A stretch of 64,000 nucleotides of DNA from Candidatus Enterousia sp. (GCA_045636045.1 JAZTWT010000016.1:15258-79257); one strand, 5' to 3'. Shown: positions 19,790 through 28,234, counted from the first letter of the stretch. Notes: generated by a model not told the origin, from the sequence alone. Numbers and translations: made by a program.

Positions 19790-20347
19790 TTATAAACATA
19801 ATGCCAAAGAAATATCTCTAAAATTATCTTGTTCATCACCGGTGGCATCAATTTCAGAAAATTTAATCCCTGGTGCGTTGCGCAACCATTCGATTGCAGG
19901 CATGGTAATTTCATGATAGTTCTGCAAACGACGTTTAATAATTTGTATTGCTGAATCGTCACTGCGGTTGCTGCCATTATGCACGCGTTTTTGAATGCGT
20001 TCTATCAACGTATTATCATCTGTATTTAAATACAGTACATGAATGTCATAATTGTCTGCATAGTTTTTAACCAGCCATTGTGCCTGGCGCAGTGTGCGCG
20101 GAAATCCGTCTAAAATCATGTCTGAATCTACAAATTTTTTTGCCATTAAATCACAAACCATCTTGTCTGGCACCAGATTGCCCTCCGCAATCAATTTACC
20201 GATTTGTGAATCTGCCGGCATTGCGCGCAGTATTGCGCCGGCCTCAATATGTTTATATGTATGATGCGCCATTAACATGTCCGAGAATGTTCCTTTGCCG
20301 ACGCCAGGTCCGCCCATCATAACAATAATTTGTTTCTTTGTACTCAT
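19790..20347 (-). CDS. adk: adenylate/nucleoside-monophosphate kinase, short divergent form
   Basis: P-loop MGGPGVGKGT and a DGFPRTLRQAQ motif, with no long LID insert. The start is taken at MSTKKQ. Confidence 0.65.
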   Translation of the reverse strand: MSTKKQIIVMMGGPGVGKGTFSDMLMAHHTYKHIEAGAILRAMPADSQIGKLIAEGNLVPDKMVCDLMAKKFVDSDMILDGFPRTLRQAQWLVKNYADNYDIHVLYLNTDDNTLIERIQKRVHNGSNRSDDSAIQIIKRRLQNYHEITMPAIEWLRNAPGIKFSEIDATGDEQDNFRDISLALCL

Positions 20348-20420
20348 AATTATGATTTTATCATAAAAAACACGGTCACGCAATCTGACGTGACCGTGAA
20401 ATAATTCATATGGTTACAAA

Positions 20421-22109
20421 TTATTTTTTGATGTTCTCGATTGCAGCGCCCAAGATATCGCCCAATACGGAACCGGAATCGGCTTCGTTTGCGAATTCTT
20501 TGACTGCCTGCTTTTCCAGTGTCACCTGCAATGCACGAACTGACAATTTAACAGTGTTGTCTTCAACGGAAACAACAGATGCTTCTACGCTGTCGCCAAC
20601 ATTGTATTTTGAAGTGTCCTGTTCTGATTTTTCGCGTGACAGGTCTGTGCGACGGATAACACCACGAACATCGCCTGCCAATGTCAAAACCAATTCATCT
20701 GGTGTGACTTCGGAAACTGTACCGCAAACAACTGCGCCCTTCTTGATAGAAGCAGCGTTGTTTTCGGCACTTTCTGTCAACTGTTTGATGCCCAGTGTGA
20801 CACGTTCTTTTTCTGGATTGATATCCAAGATTTTTGCTGTCACTTCCTGGCCACGAACGAACTTTTTCAGTTCTTCTTCGTCCAATTTGTTCCATGACAG
20901 GTCAGAAATATGAACCATACCGTCCAATTCTGATGTCAGTGCAACGAACAGACCAAATTCAGTTGTGTTTTTGATTGGACCTGTGATTACATCGCCAACA
21001 TTGTGTGTTTCTGCAAACTGTTTCCATGGATTTGGCTGCAGTTGTTTATAACCCAATGAAATGCGGCGTTTATCTTGGTCGATACCCAAAACGGTCACAG
21101 TCACATCCTGGCCATTCTGCAAAACTTTGCTTGGGTGGATGTTCTTGTTTGTCCATGACAGTTCTGACATATGAACCAGACCTTCGATATTGTTGCCCAA
21201 ATCGATGAATGCACCATAGTCTGTCAAAGAAGATACTTTCCCTGTCACTGTGTCGCCAACATTGAATGCGCGTGACGCTGTTTCCCATGGGTCTTCTTCC
21301 AACTGTTTCATACCCAACGAGATACGATGTGATTCTGGATCGAACTGGATAACTTTCACCTTGATTGTTTCGCCAACGTGAACCAATTCGCGTGGGTGGT
21401 TAACGCGCTTCCATGACAAATCTGTCACGTGCAACAAACCGTCAATGCCGCCCAAATCAACGAATACACCGTAATCTGTGATATTCTTTACTGTACCTTC
21501 CAGAACTGCGCCCAATGAAATGTTTTTCATTGCTTCTTTTTGCGCTGCTGCGATTGTGTCAGACTGGATTGCGCGACGTGATACGATTGCGTTTGTACGC
21601 AATGCGTCCATTTTCAATACGCGGAATTTGTCTTTTAAACCAATCAAAGATTTTGCATCACGGATTGGCTTGTGATCAACCTGGGATGATGGCATAAATG
21701 CAAATACGCCATTGATATCCACTGTGAAACCACCGCGAACAACATCGATAATTGTACCTTCTGGATCGACACCTTCGGCAACTGTCTTTTCCAAATCTTT
21801 CCATGCTTTTTCTGCACGTGCTTTGGTATAAGACAAGATTGCTGTACCTTCGCGTGATTCATAGCGTTCAACAAAAACGTCAATGATATCACCAACAGAT
21901 GGTACAGATGCGCCGAATTCTTTTAATGGAACACGACCTTCTGATTTCAGGCCAACATCAACCATTGCGAAATCACCACGGATATCTTTAACGGTACCCT
22001 TGGTTGCATAACCCTGCAATGTTTCCTGTGAACCATAGTTTGCGTCAAACATCTGGACAAAATCTTCGCCAGACAATGGATTAAATAAGTCTTTGGATAA
22101 ATCTTTCAT
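20421..22109 (-). CDS. rpsA: 30S ribosomal protein S1
   Basis: Six S1 repeats (GTVK...GVFVDLGG.DGLLH). The start is uncertain: ATG at 22109 or TTG at 22142. Confidence 0.9.
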   Translation of the reverse strand: MKDLSKDLFNPLSGEDFVQMFDANYGSQETLQGYATKGTVKDIRGDFAMVDVGLKSEGRVPLKEFGASVPSVGDIIDVFVERYESREGTAILSYTKARAEKAWKDLEKTVAEGVDPEGTIIDVVRGGFTVDINGVFAFMPSSQVDHKPIRDAKSLIGLKDKFRVLKMDALRTNAIVSRRAIQSDTIAAAQKEAMKNISLGAVLEGTVKNITDYGVFVDLGGIDGLLHVTDLSWKRVNHPRELVHVGETIKVKVIQFDPESHRISLGMKQLEEDPWETASRAFNVGDTVTGKVSSLTDYGAFIDLGNNIEGLVHMSELSWTNKNIHPSKVLQNGQDVTVTVLGIDQDKRRISLGYKQLQPNPWKQFAETHNVGDVITGPIKNTTEFGLFVALTSELDGMVHISDLSWNKLDEEELKKFVRGQEVTAKILDINPEKERVTLGIKQLTESAENNAASIKKGAVVCGTVSEVTPDELVLTLAGDVRGVIRRTDLSREKSEQDTSKYNVGDSVEASVVSVEDNTVKLSVRALQVTLEKQAVKEFANEADSGSVLGDILGAAIENIKK

Positions 22110-22216
22110 AAGAAAATATTCATCAAAGTTTGCCGTCGCCAATATGTGTTTGTAAAAGGGCGAGGTCTTGTGGGGTTAATCGGACTGACCATGCGCCCAC
22201 CCGCAAAGTCACGGAT

Positions 22217-22244
22217 ATTATATATAAACTTTTGAATTTTGCAA
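22217..22244 (-). promoter_or_regulatory. sigma70-type promoter for rpsA
   Basis: On the - strand: TTGCAA, 16 nt, TATAAT, about 75 nt upstream of the first possible start codon (TTG at 22142). Confidence 0.45.
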
Positions 22245-22270
22245 GAAAAAATCGTATGCAGTCGGCTGTA

Positions 22271-22390
22271 TTAATATACTGGATAATTGCGTGGGAATGA
22301 TTTATCTGGGCGCTGCAGGTCGGATTTTACGCCACAGCCCGAAACGACCAAAACACCAACCAGCAAAAAAAACAAAAACATCTTCTTCAT
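22271..22390 (-). CDS. small lipoprotein (LptM/YifL-like), below the ORF-track cutoff
   Basis: 39-aa ORF MKKMFLFFLLVGVLVVSGCGVKSDLQRPDKSFPRNYPVY with a classic lipobox. Confidence 0.5.
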   Translation of the reverse strand: MKKMFLFFLLVGVLVVSGCGVKSDLQRPDKSFPRNYPVY

Positions 22391-22482
22391 AATACGATTA
22401 TACACTGCAGATTCATGTTGTGTCAATTTGATTTATTTGTTGGTTTTTTTATGATATAATTAACCCAAGAATGAATTCCTAA

Positions 22483-23679
22483 ATGTCCCAACAAAAGATG
22501 TCGCGTGATTTGTGGTTGTTAATTATCTTTGGTGCGTTTCGTACCATATCAGACCTGTTTATGGGGACTTTTTTTGTGTCGTATATTATGCATATGGCAA
22601 CGAACGAGATTACATCGATTTCGATGTATAAACTGTTTGAATATACGGCAACATGTGCAGGGTTCTTCTTATTTGCAAACTGGGTCAAGCGATATAACAA
22701 GGTTGCGGTATTCGGACTAAGCATGTTGCCAAAAATTGCGGTTTTGTTGGCAATAATATTGCTGGGGGGCAGGGCGGTTGAATATGTTGTTCCGATGGGT
22801 TTGATGTATGGGGTCGGTGCGGCGATGTATCATCTGCCGCGACACGCGATGACGGCGGACAAGACAAATGCGCGCAGCGTTGGGTGTTTTGTGGGAACAA
22901 AAAATGCGATTGGGTATCTGGTAAAAATTATTGCGCCTGTTATCCTTGGTTGTTTTATTGATACAGGGTCGTATTCTGATGTTGCATTTGTTTTATTGTT
23001 ATTCACATTTATCGAACTTGGGTTGGTTTTTTTCTTATCCCCGTCCAGGCATCGTTCGTCTGACAAAATAGATTTTATTGGGTTTTATCATTGTATGATG
23101 CGTTTTCCTGTGGTGCGCAGAATGTTTCTTATGGAAATTCTGCGTGGGTTTGGTTTAGGATTGTTGGGCACAGTGATAACGATGTATACTGTTTATATAT
23201 TCCATACTGATTTAAATCTTGGGATATTAACTACGGTATTCTCGCTATGTTCTGTGGCGACATGCTGGGCGCTGCGCTATATTCATCAGAATATGACATA
23301 TCGTATTATTTTAATGATGTGTATTTTATTAGTATTCTTGTCCATGTCGCTGTTTGTCTATAAAACTACGCCGGTTTCATTCTTGATTTATAATTTTATT
23401 TACGCAACAGCGATAGTTTTTTTGGATCAGATAAACAATATTGGCATATATAAATTATCTCGTTCGCGTTGTATAACGAATAATACACGCATAGAATACT
23501 TTGTTTTTCGGGATTTTGCGTTGTTTATCGGTCGATGGATTGGATTTACAGGCCTGATGTATATTGGTGTATTTGGTGGTTATGCCTGGCTGCGTTGGTA
23601 TTTGGTGTTAATCAGTATGGCGTTAATTTTGTGGGGTGGGGCAAATCGAATACTGTTTAAGCGTGTGGACAAGAAATAA
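22483..23679 (+). CDS. MFS-like polytopic membrane transporter
   Basis: 398 aa with about 12 predicted hydrophobic helices. Confidence 0.5.
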   Translation: MSQQKMSRDLWLLIIFGAFRTISDLFMGTFFVSYIMHMATNEITSISMYKLFEYTATCAGFFLFANWVKRYNKVAVFGLSMLPKIAVLLAIILLGGRAVEYVVPMGLMYGVGAAMYHLPRHAMTADKTNARSVGCFVGTKNAIGYLVKIIAPVILGCFIDTGSYSDVAFVLLLFTFIELGLVFFLSPSRHRSSDKIDFIGFYHCMMRFPVVRRMFLMEILRGFGLGLLGTVITMYTVYIFHTDLNLGILTTVFSLCSVATCWALRYIHQNMTYRIILMMCILLVFLSMSLFVYKTTPVSFLIYNFIYATAIVFLDQINNIGIYKLSRSRCITNNTRIEYFVFRDFALFIGRWIGFTGLMYIGVFGGYAWLRWYLVLISMALILWGGANRILFKRVDKK

Positions 23680-23714
23680 AGAACGCCCAAATGGGCGCTC
23701 GTTATTTGATTTTA

Positions 23715-24749
23715 TTATCGCATCTTCAATGCGTTTTTTATTATTTCTTGTTCAACAATATTACCCGTCATCAGCGGCACTTTTTCATTTGGATTTTTAT
23801 CGTGTTCGGCTTCGGAACCGTCGTATATTTTGTTGCACAGATGCGCTTTTTGTGAACCTAATGCACCGCGATTTGGATGTTCGTGATCAATAAAGTGAAC
23901 AAATTCGTGTGCAAAGGATGCATTTGCGTGCCATAATGTTGTTAGCGATTGCCACAGGTCGCTATGTCTTGTTGCGGACCATTCGCGCAGTTTATTTAGG
24001 TTATGTATTATATACGGGATGCTGTGACCGTTTGCATCTGCTTTTGTTCTGCTGCATACCCCCAGTAAATTTTCTGGCGCTTTTTCCAGGATGTCCCATG
24101 ATTCAACAAATGATACCCATGGTGCATCACCCGGCAAATTCAGTTCTTGCATCATATCGTCTGCGATTTTCTGAAAACACAGGCTGTATGACAGTGTGTC
24201 AGCGTCAAATACTAAGTATTTTTGCTGTTCTACATTTTTGCTTAACACCCTTAACGCAGCGCCCGCAATTTCTTGTGCGCATACCTCTGCGGTTGGTATA
24301 TTTGCGCGGATGTATTCTTTTACCTGTTCTACACTTTTGTTTGCAATTTGTTTTTTACCCAGGTTTTTATCAAATGTTGAAAAATCGCCCTTAAAGTAAA
24401 ATAAATCTGGGTCTGCTACTAAATCCAGTATTGGCATATTTCGTGGTCTGTGTGCATCGATTTTTAATGCGTATTCGCTTCGTCTAATAAATTCTTCCAG
24501 ACCCCATATTGAAATCATAGATTGTATTAATCTGGGTAATTTCTCTAATTGTTGGCGTCTGATTGCACTTATATTTACGCCATTGGTCATACTGACGCGT
24601 CCAATCAGGGCAATAAAACCGCGTAATAAATTGGTCAGTTCACGCAAAGTACCAGCATCTATTGCCAATTCATTTTTATTGGCAAATTTGCGCACTTGTT
24701 CGTATCGCTTTAGATTGCGCATATCTATAACATATTGATGCGCATTCAT
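23715..24749 (-). CDS. hypothetical protein with C-terminal HExxH zincin motif
   Basis: FAHEFVHFIDHEH near the C-terminus; no other family was recognised. The start is uncertain (the ORF is open to 24824). Confidence 0.5.
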   Translation of the reverse strand: MNAHQYVIDMRNLKRYEQVRKFANKNELAIDAGTLRELTNLLRGFIALIGRVSMTNGVNISAIRRQQLEKLPRLIQSMISIWGLEEFIRRSEYALKIDAHRPRNMPILDLVADPDLFYFKGDFSTFDKNLGKKQIANKSVEQVKEYIRANIPTAEVCAQEIAGAALRVLSKNVEQQKYLVFDADTLSYSLCFQKIADDMMQELNLPGDAPWVSFVESWDILEKAPENLLGVCSRTKADANGHSIPYIIHNLNKLREWSATRHSDLWQSLTTLWHANASFAHEFVHFIDHEHPNRGALGSQKAHLCNKIYDGSEAEHDKNPNEKVPLMTGNIVEQEIIKNALKMR

Positions 24750-24861
24750 AAAATTCTTTTTTTTAACGGCCACAACCACTCCTTTGTAAAGGCATTTTTG
24801 AATAATATAGACAAAACAGAACAAATGTCAACCCTAAAGAGTAAAAAGAATAATATTCTTA

Positions 24862-24893
24862 TCAAAAAGAAACCGTCTGTTTTAAACGGTTTC
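24862..24893 (-). terminator. intrinsic terminator after the J-domain gene
   Basis: gaaaccg...cggtttc hairpin plus a T-run on the - strand. Confidence 0.5.
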
Positions 24894-24908
24894 TTGTTAG
24901 TTTTCTTC

Positions 24909-25841
24909 TTATTTGGTGCGTACACGCATTTGTTTTCTTAATTGTTGTAAACGCATCAGTTGTTTTAACTGTTCCATGTTAACCTTGATAACCCTGTTTG
25001 TCTTTCCTGTATTATTGACTATCTTTGCCGGCAGGGCCAGGGTTTGTGGCTTTATTGCAGGTTTTGACTTGCGTGGCGCCTGTTTTGCCGGTTTGTTTGT
25101 TGGGCGACGATTATTTGTCGGATTATTTTTTGCATGTGACTTCATAATAATGTACGCCATATTTATCTGCTGAATCATGCGTGTGGCCGCATCTATATTG
25201 TTCGGATTCTTATCTGGGTGCCACCGCAGACATAATTTACGATACGCACGCTTGATTTGATTGTGTGACGCATTCATATTCACGCCCAAGATTTTTGCAG
25301 CATCCTGCACAGACATTTCTGGTGTTTTATTTATCGTGTGTCCAGAATTCTTTTGCTGCTTCTCTTGATTGTTCTTGGCTTGTTGGCGTGCCTTGTACTC
25401 TTGTTCGGCGCGTTTCTGCTGATTGCGAATCCATTCGTTAAACTTGCGCCATGCCTGTCTGCGTTTTTCGCGCAGTTGCGCGGCGCGTTTTTGTTGATGC
25501 TGCAACCATTCAGCAAATTTTTGTTGCGCCTGACTGTCTTGTTGTATCGCAGTTTTTTTCTGTTTTACATCGCCTGGCTGCTTATCAGTTGTCTTGTCGG
25601 TAATGTTTTTTGTGTTTGGCGTATTTGTCTGACTATTACCTGGAACCACGTGTACAATCAATAATATCACGATTGGATTCGCGGTCATTGGTTGAACTAA
25701 ATCAGTTGTTGGCTTTTTACCTGATTTTGCTTTTTGTGCATTGTAATGCCATATCAGCATTAGTGCGGCCAGTTGTAATTTTGGGATTTTGTTTGCTGTC
25801 TGCATTTGTTGCGACGACTGTTCTTGGTTTTGTTTCTGCAT
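24909..25841 (-). CDS. J-domain (DnaJ-like) protein with Q/K-rich regions
   Basis: ILGVNMNASHNQIKRAYRKLCLRWHPDKNP contains the HPD motif. The rest is low-complexity Q/K/N-rich sequence. The start is at MQKQNQ, preceded by an AGAGGTG RBS. Confidence 0.65.
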   Translation of the reverse strand: MQKQNQEQSSQQMQTANKIPKLQLAALMLIWHYNAQKAKSGKKPTTDLVQPMTANPIVILLIVHVVPGNSQTNTPNTKNITDKTTDKQPGDVKQKKTAIQQDSQAQQKFAEWLQHQQKRAAQLREKRRQAWRKFNEWIRNQQKRAEQEYKARQQAKNNQEKQQKNSGHTINKTPEMSVQDAAKILGVNMNASHNQIKRAYRKLCLRWHPDKNPNNIDAATRMIQQINMAYIIMKSHAKNNPTNNRRPTNKPAKQAPRKSKPAIKPQTLALPAKIVNNTGKTNRVIKVNMEQLKQLMRLQQLRKQMRVRTK

Positions 25842-25951
25842 ATTACACCTCTTGATTAATGCTTTTGTGTATATGATACAGAACTTTCCGTATCCTGCAT
25901 TAGTATCACATATTTCAGGATTAGTCAAATAAATAATATCATGATATTTTC

Positions 25952-26305
25952 CTACCCGAATATCAGTAAGTGCAGCAAACTCATAAATATTTCCATCGCA
26001 ACAGGGGCAAACAGATATGCCAGTGCAACAAAGTACTTTTTCATGAAGGCTTTATATATCCCAAAACACACAAATGCCAATTGTGCAATTGTATATATTA
26101 CCAACAAGACCGCATAATATATAGTGCGTATTTCTAAGCCCATAAATTCGATATATTTACAACATTCGCCATCTAGTATATATGGGTATGGAGCCATAGT
26201 AAAAACATATCGTAATTCAGAGATTGGAACTAGTATTGCTATAAAAGATAAACATAATAGCAATACTTGTCCCCAAATACATAAAATTGATTTAGCTGTT
26301 TTCAT
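25952..26305 (-). CDS. small polytopic membrane protein, candidate immunity protein
   Basis: 117 aa with about 4 TM helices. Its ATG overlaps the toxin stop codon (TGATG). Confidence 0.55.
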   Translation of the reverse strand: MKTAKSILCIWGQVLLLCLSFIAILVPISELRYVFTMAPYPYILDGECCKYIEFMGLEIRTIYYAVLLVIYTIAQLAFVCFGIYKAFMKKYFVALAYLFAPVAMEIFMSLLHLLIFG

Positions 26306-27438
26306 CAATAGTATTTTACATTGATGATTAAATCATGTCCATTCTTTTCAAACCATTGTGTAAATTCATCAATATGATGTGTTAAATCAATACAGCCTGC
26401 CGAACCAGGTTCTGCCCCACCATGTACACTAAAACCACTTCGATCATATGTGTTGGTTTCTTTTGATGGCTCTAACCACACACGTGATTCTCCCCATGAA
26501 TCCGTTCCTCCTCTCCAAGTTCCAAATCCAACTGCCGAACGCAACCGATTGTCCCACGTAATATCCTTATAAAATTGCAATTCGCTCTGCCTTGCAACGT
26601 ATGTACCTTCGGGTATGGTACCCTTGTCTTTTATAGATTGGTATTTGGGGCTTTGATAGCCCTTGGTGCCCGATACCGCATTCCATGACATAATAGGTTT
26701 GTCATTTTCATACAGCGTAAATTTCTTACCATCAAATACCGCATATTGCCCAGGTTTTACATTCACCGGTTTTTCAAAGGTTAGTTTATTTATTTTATTG
26801 TCGGGTTGTGATTCTGATTCCTTTTCTGGTTTTTGGCCTTTATAAACCTTGCTGTCTATTTTCTTGCCAGCCTCATTCAGTGTTGCTTCTTCAACCCAAC
26901 AGCGACAGTTTGGATGAACGGGACAAACTGGTATATCTTCTTTGTTTTCATAGACTGTTCCATCGTTCCCCGAACATTCATCGCATGTATTTTCTCCATG
27001 CTCGCTGTGCCATATCCATATCTTGGGCGCGATTTTGAATTCTGGAATATTCAAATCAAAGGTTTCCAGACTACGCTTTGATACCTGACCGCCCGGCATT
27101 AAAACTTTGACCGGTATCGGCTCGCCAGGAACGACGTATTCTTCAATGTTAAATTCAAAACCAATTGTTTCAAAGTAGTCCTCAAAATCTTCCATAACTG
27201 CTTCGGTGGCGTCATCTTTTTCTGCTTCAAAGTCTGCATCTATTTCTGCTTGCGCAACATTAAATTGTTTTAATGTCATATCATATTCTGGGCGCATCAT
27301 ACGACCTGTGGCATCAAACTGTACTGTGCCGGGATACAGGATATTCATATACTTGGTTGCGCGTTTATATGTTTCGCTGTTTTTATCGCCATATTCGGGC
27401 GACGATATCAGTTCTTGTAAAAATTTTGGTGTTATCAT
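26305..27438 (-). CDS. polymorphic toxin: MuF-type N-terminal fragment + Tlde1/DUF2778-like L,D-transpeptidase-fold C-terminal domain
   Basis: CDECSGNDGTVYENKEDIPVCPVHPNCRCWVEE matches the C..C..dG..-P.HPNCRC end of Mu F/SPP1 gp7. The C-terminus GTIPEGTYVA...GFSVHGGAEPGSAGCIDL matches the YkuD/Tlde1 H...GSxGCI catalytic motif. There is a GGAGA RBS before the ATG at 27438. Confidence 0.7.
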   Translation of the reverse strand: MITPKFLQELISSPEYGDKNSETYKRATKYMNILYPGTVQFDATGRMMRPEYDMTLKQFNVAQAEIDADFEAEKDDATEAVMEDFEDYFETIGFEFNIEEYVVPGEPIPVKVLMPGGQVSKRSLETFDLNIPEFKIAPKIWIWHSEHGENTCDECSGNDGTVYENKEDIPVCPVHPNCRCWVEEATLNEAGKKIDSKVYKGQKPEKESESQPDNKINKLTFEKPVNVKPGQYAVFDGKKFTLYENDKPIMSWNAVSGTKGYQSPKYQSIKDKGTIPEGTYVARQSELQFYKDITWDNRLRSAVGFGTWRGGTDSWGESRVWLEPSKETNTYDRSGFSVHGGAEPGSAGCIDLTHHIDEFTQWFEKNGHDLIINVKYY

Positions 27439-27451
27439 TGTTTTTCTCCAT

Positions 27452-27501
27452 AAAAAAACACCCGCGGTTGCGGGCAATAAAAAAAGACGACCTGTGTCGT
27501 C
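27452..27501 (-). terminator. two tandem intrinsic terminators in the toxin leader
   Basis: On the - strand: gacgac-acag-gtcgtc + T7, then gcccgc-aacc-gcggg + T7, ending about 14 nt before the toxin RBS. Confidence 0.6.
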
Positions 27502-27515
27502 CGCTGAACGTGCGT

Positions 27516-27544
27516 ATTATATCACAAAATGTGCAAAAAATCAA
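27516..27544 (-). promoter_or_regulatory. strong sigma70 promoter (extended -10) facing the toxin gene
   Basis: On the - strand: TTGATT, 17 nt (with TGa), TATAAT. Confidence 0.5.
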
Positions 27545-27583
27545 TTCTATATTTCTAACCGCCCGAAGTTCTTGGATTTTCAA

Positions 27584-27608
27584 TAAAAAATCCGCCCAAA
27601 TGGACGGA
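27584..27608 (-). terminator. intrinsic terminator after tRNA-Glu
   Basis: tccgtcc/ggcgga bulged hairpin plus T6 on the - strand. Confidence 0.5.
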
Positions 27609-27618
27609 AAATCAGATT

Positions 27619-27694
27619 TGGCAGCCCCAACCGGATTCGAACCGGTGTTCTCGCCTTGAAAGGGCGGTGTCCTAGGCCTCTAGACGATGGGGCC
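27619..27694 (-). tRNA. tRNA-Glu (UUC)
   Basis: Reverse complement GGCCCCATCGTCTAGAGGCCTAGGACACCGCCCTTTCAAGGCGAGAACACCGGTTCGAATCCGGTTGGGGCTGCCA. It folds as a cloverleaf with a GTTCGAATC T-loop, anticodon loop CTTTCAA and an encoded CCA. Confidence 0.9.
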
Positions 27695-27784
27695 AAAACT
27701 GCCGTGTTCATTTTCGAACGCCGCCAAATTATAACGGTATTTAAATCGAATGTCAAGTAAATAACAACGAATTTTTTCCGTTTT

Positions 27785-28234
27785 TTATTTTGCTGCCGGT
27801 TCTGCTGGGGTATCTGCTGCCTCTGCTGGGGCTTCTTCACCTGGTAATTGTTCTACCTGGGTAAATACAATTTCCTTACCATCACCTGCAATCAGTGTTA
27901 ATTTACCATCGCTCAATTCGTATTTCTCAACCATTGGCATAAACTGGAAATATTCTTGTTCTGTTTCCATTGCGCTGGGTTCGCCCATCATCATTGTTGA
28001 TGCAAAGCCTTCGAATTTAATGTTGTCGCCGTTGGCTGTATATCCGCCATTATACAGATTTACAACGCGGCCATAAACGCGCATTTCATTTGGGTCGAAT
28101 GTCAGTGTAATATCCGCGCCCGGCTGTGCAGAAACAAAGTTTGCGCCCTTTAACATTTCTGGGTTTTGTGCATTGTCGCCACATGCCGCCAGTGCCAGCA
28201 CACATACACCAGCAATAAATTTTCCAAATTTCAT
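27785..28234 (-). CDS. META-domain (HslJ-like) lipoprotein
   Basis: Lipobox LALAAC. The pattern ITLTFD...RVYGRVVNLYNGGY...GDNIKF...GKLTLI fits the META domain. Confidence 0.6.
   Translation of the reverse strand: MKFGKFIAGVCVLALAACGDNAQNPEMLKGANFVSAQPGADITLTFDPNEMRVYGRVVNLYNGGYTANGDNIKFEGFASTMMMGEPSAMETEQEYFQFMPMVEKYELSDGKLTLIAGDGKEIVFTQVEQLPGEEAPAEAADTPAEPAAK

Noticed and set aside
20410-20913. 167-aa + strand ORF
   Set aside because: It is antisense to rpsA, with Ser/Thr-rich shadow composition.
27580-27840. ORFs overlapping tRNA-Glu (27580..27840) and tRNA-Asp (28453..28677)
   Set aside because: They overlap clear tRNA genes and terminators.
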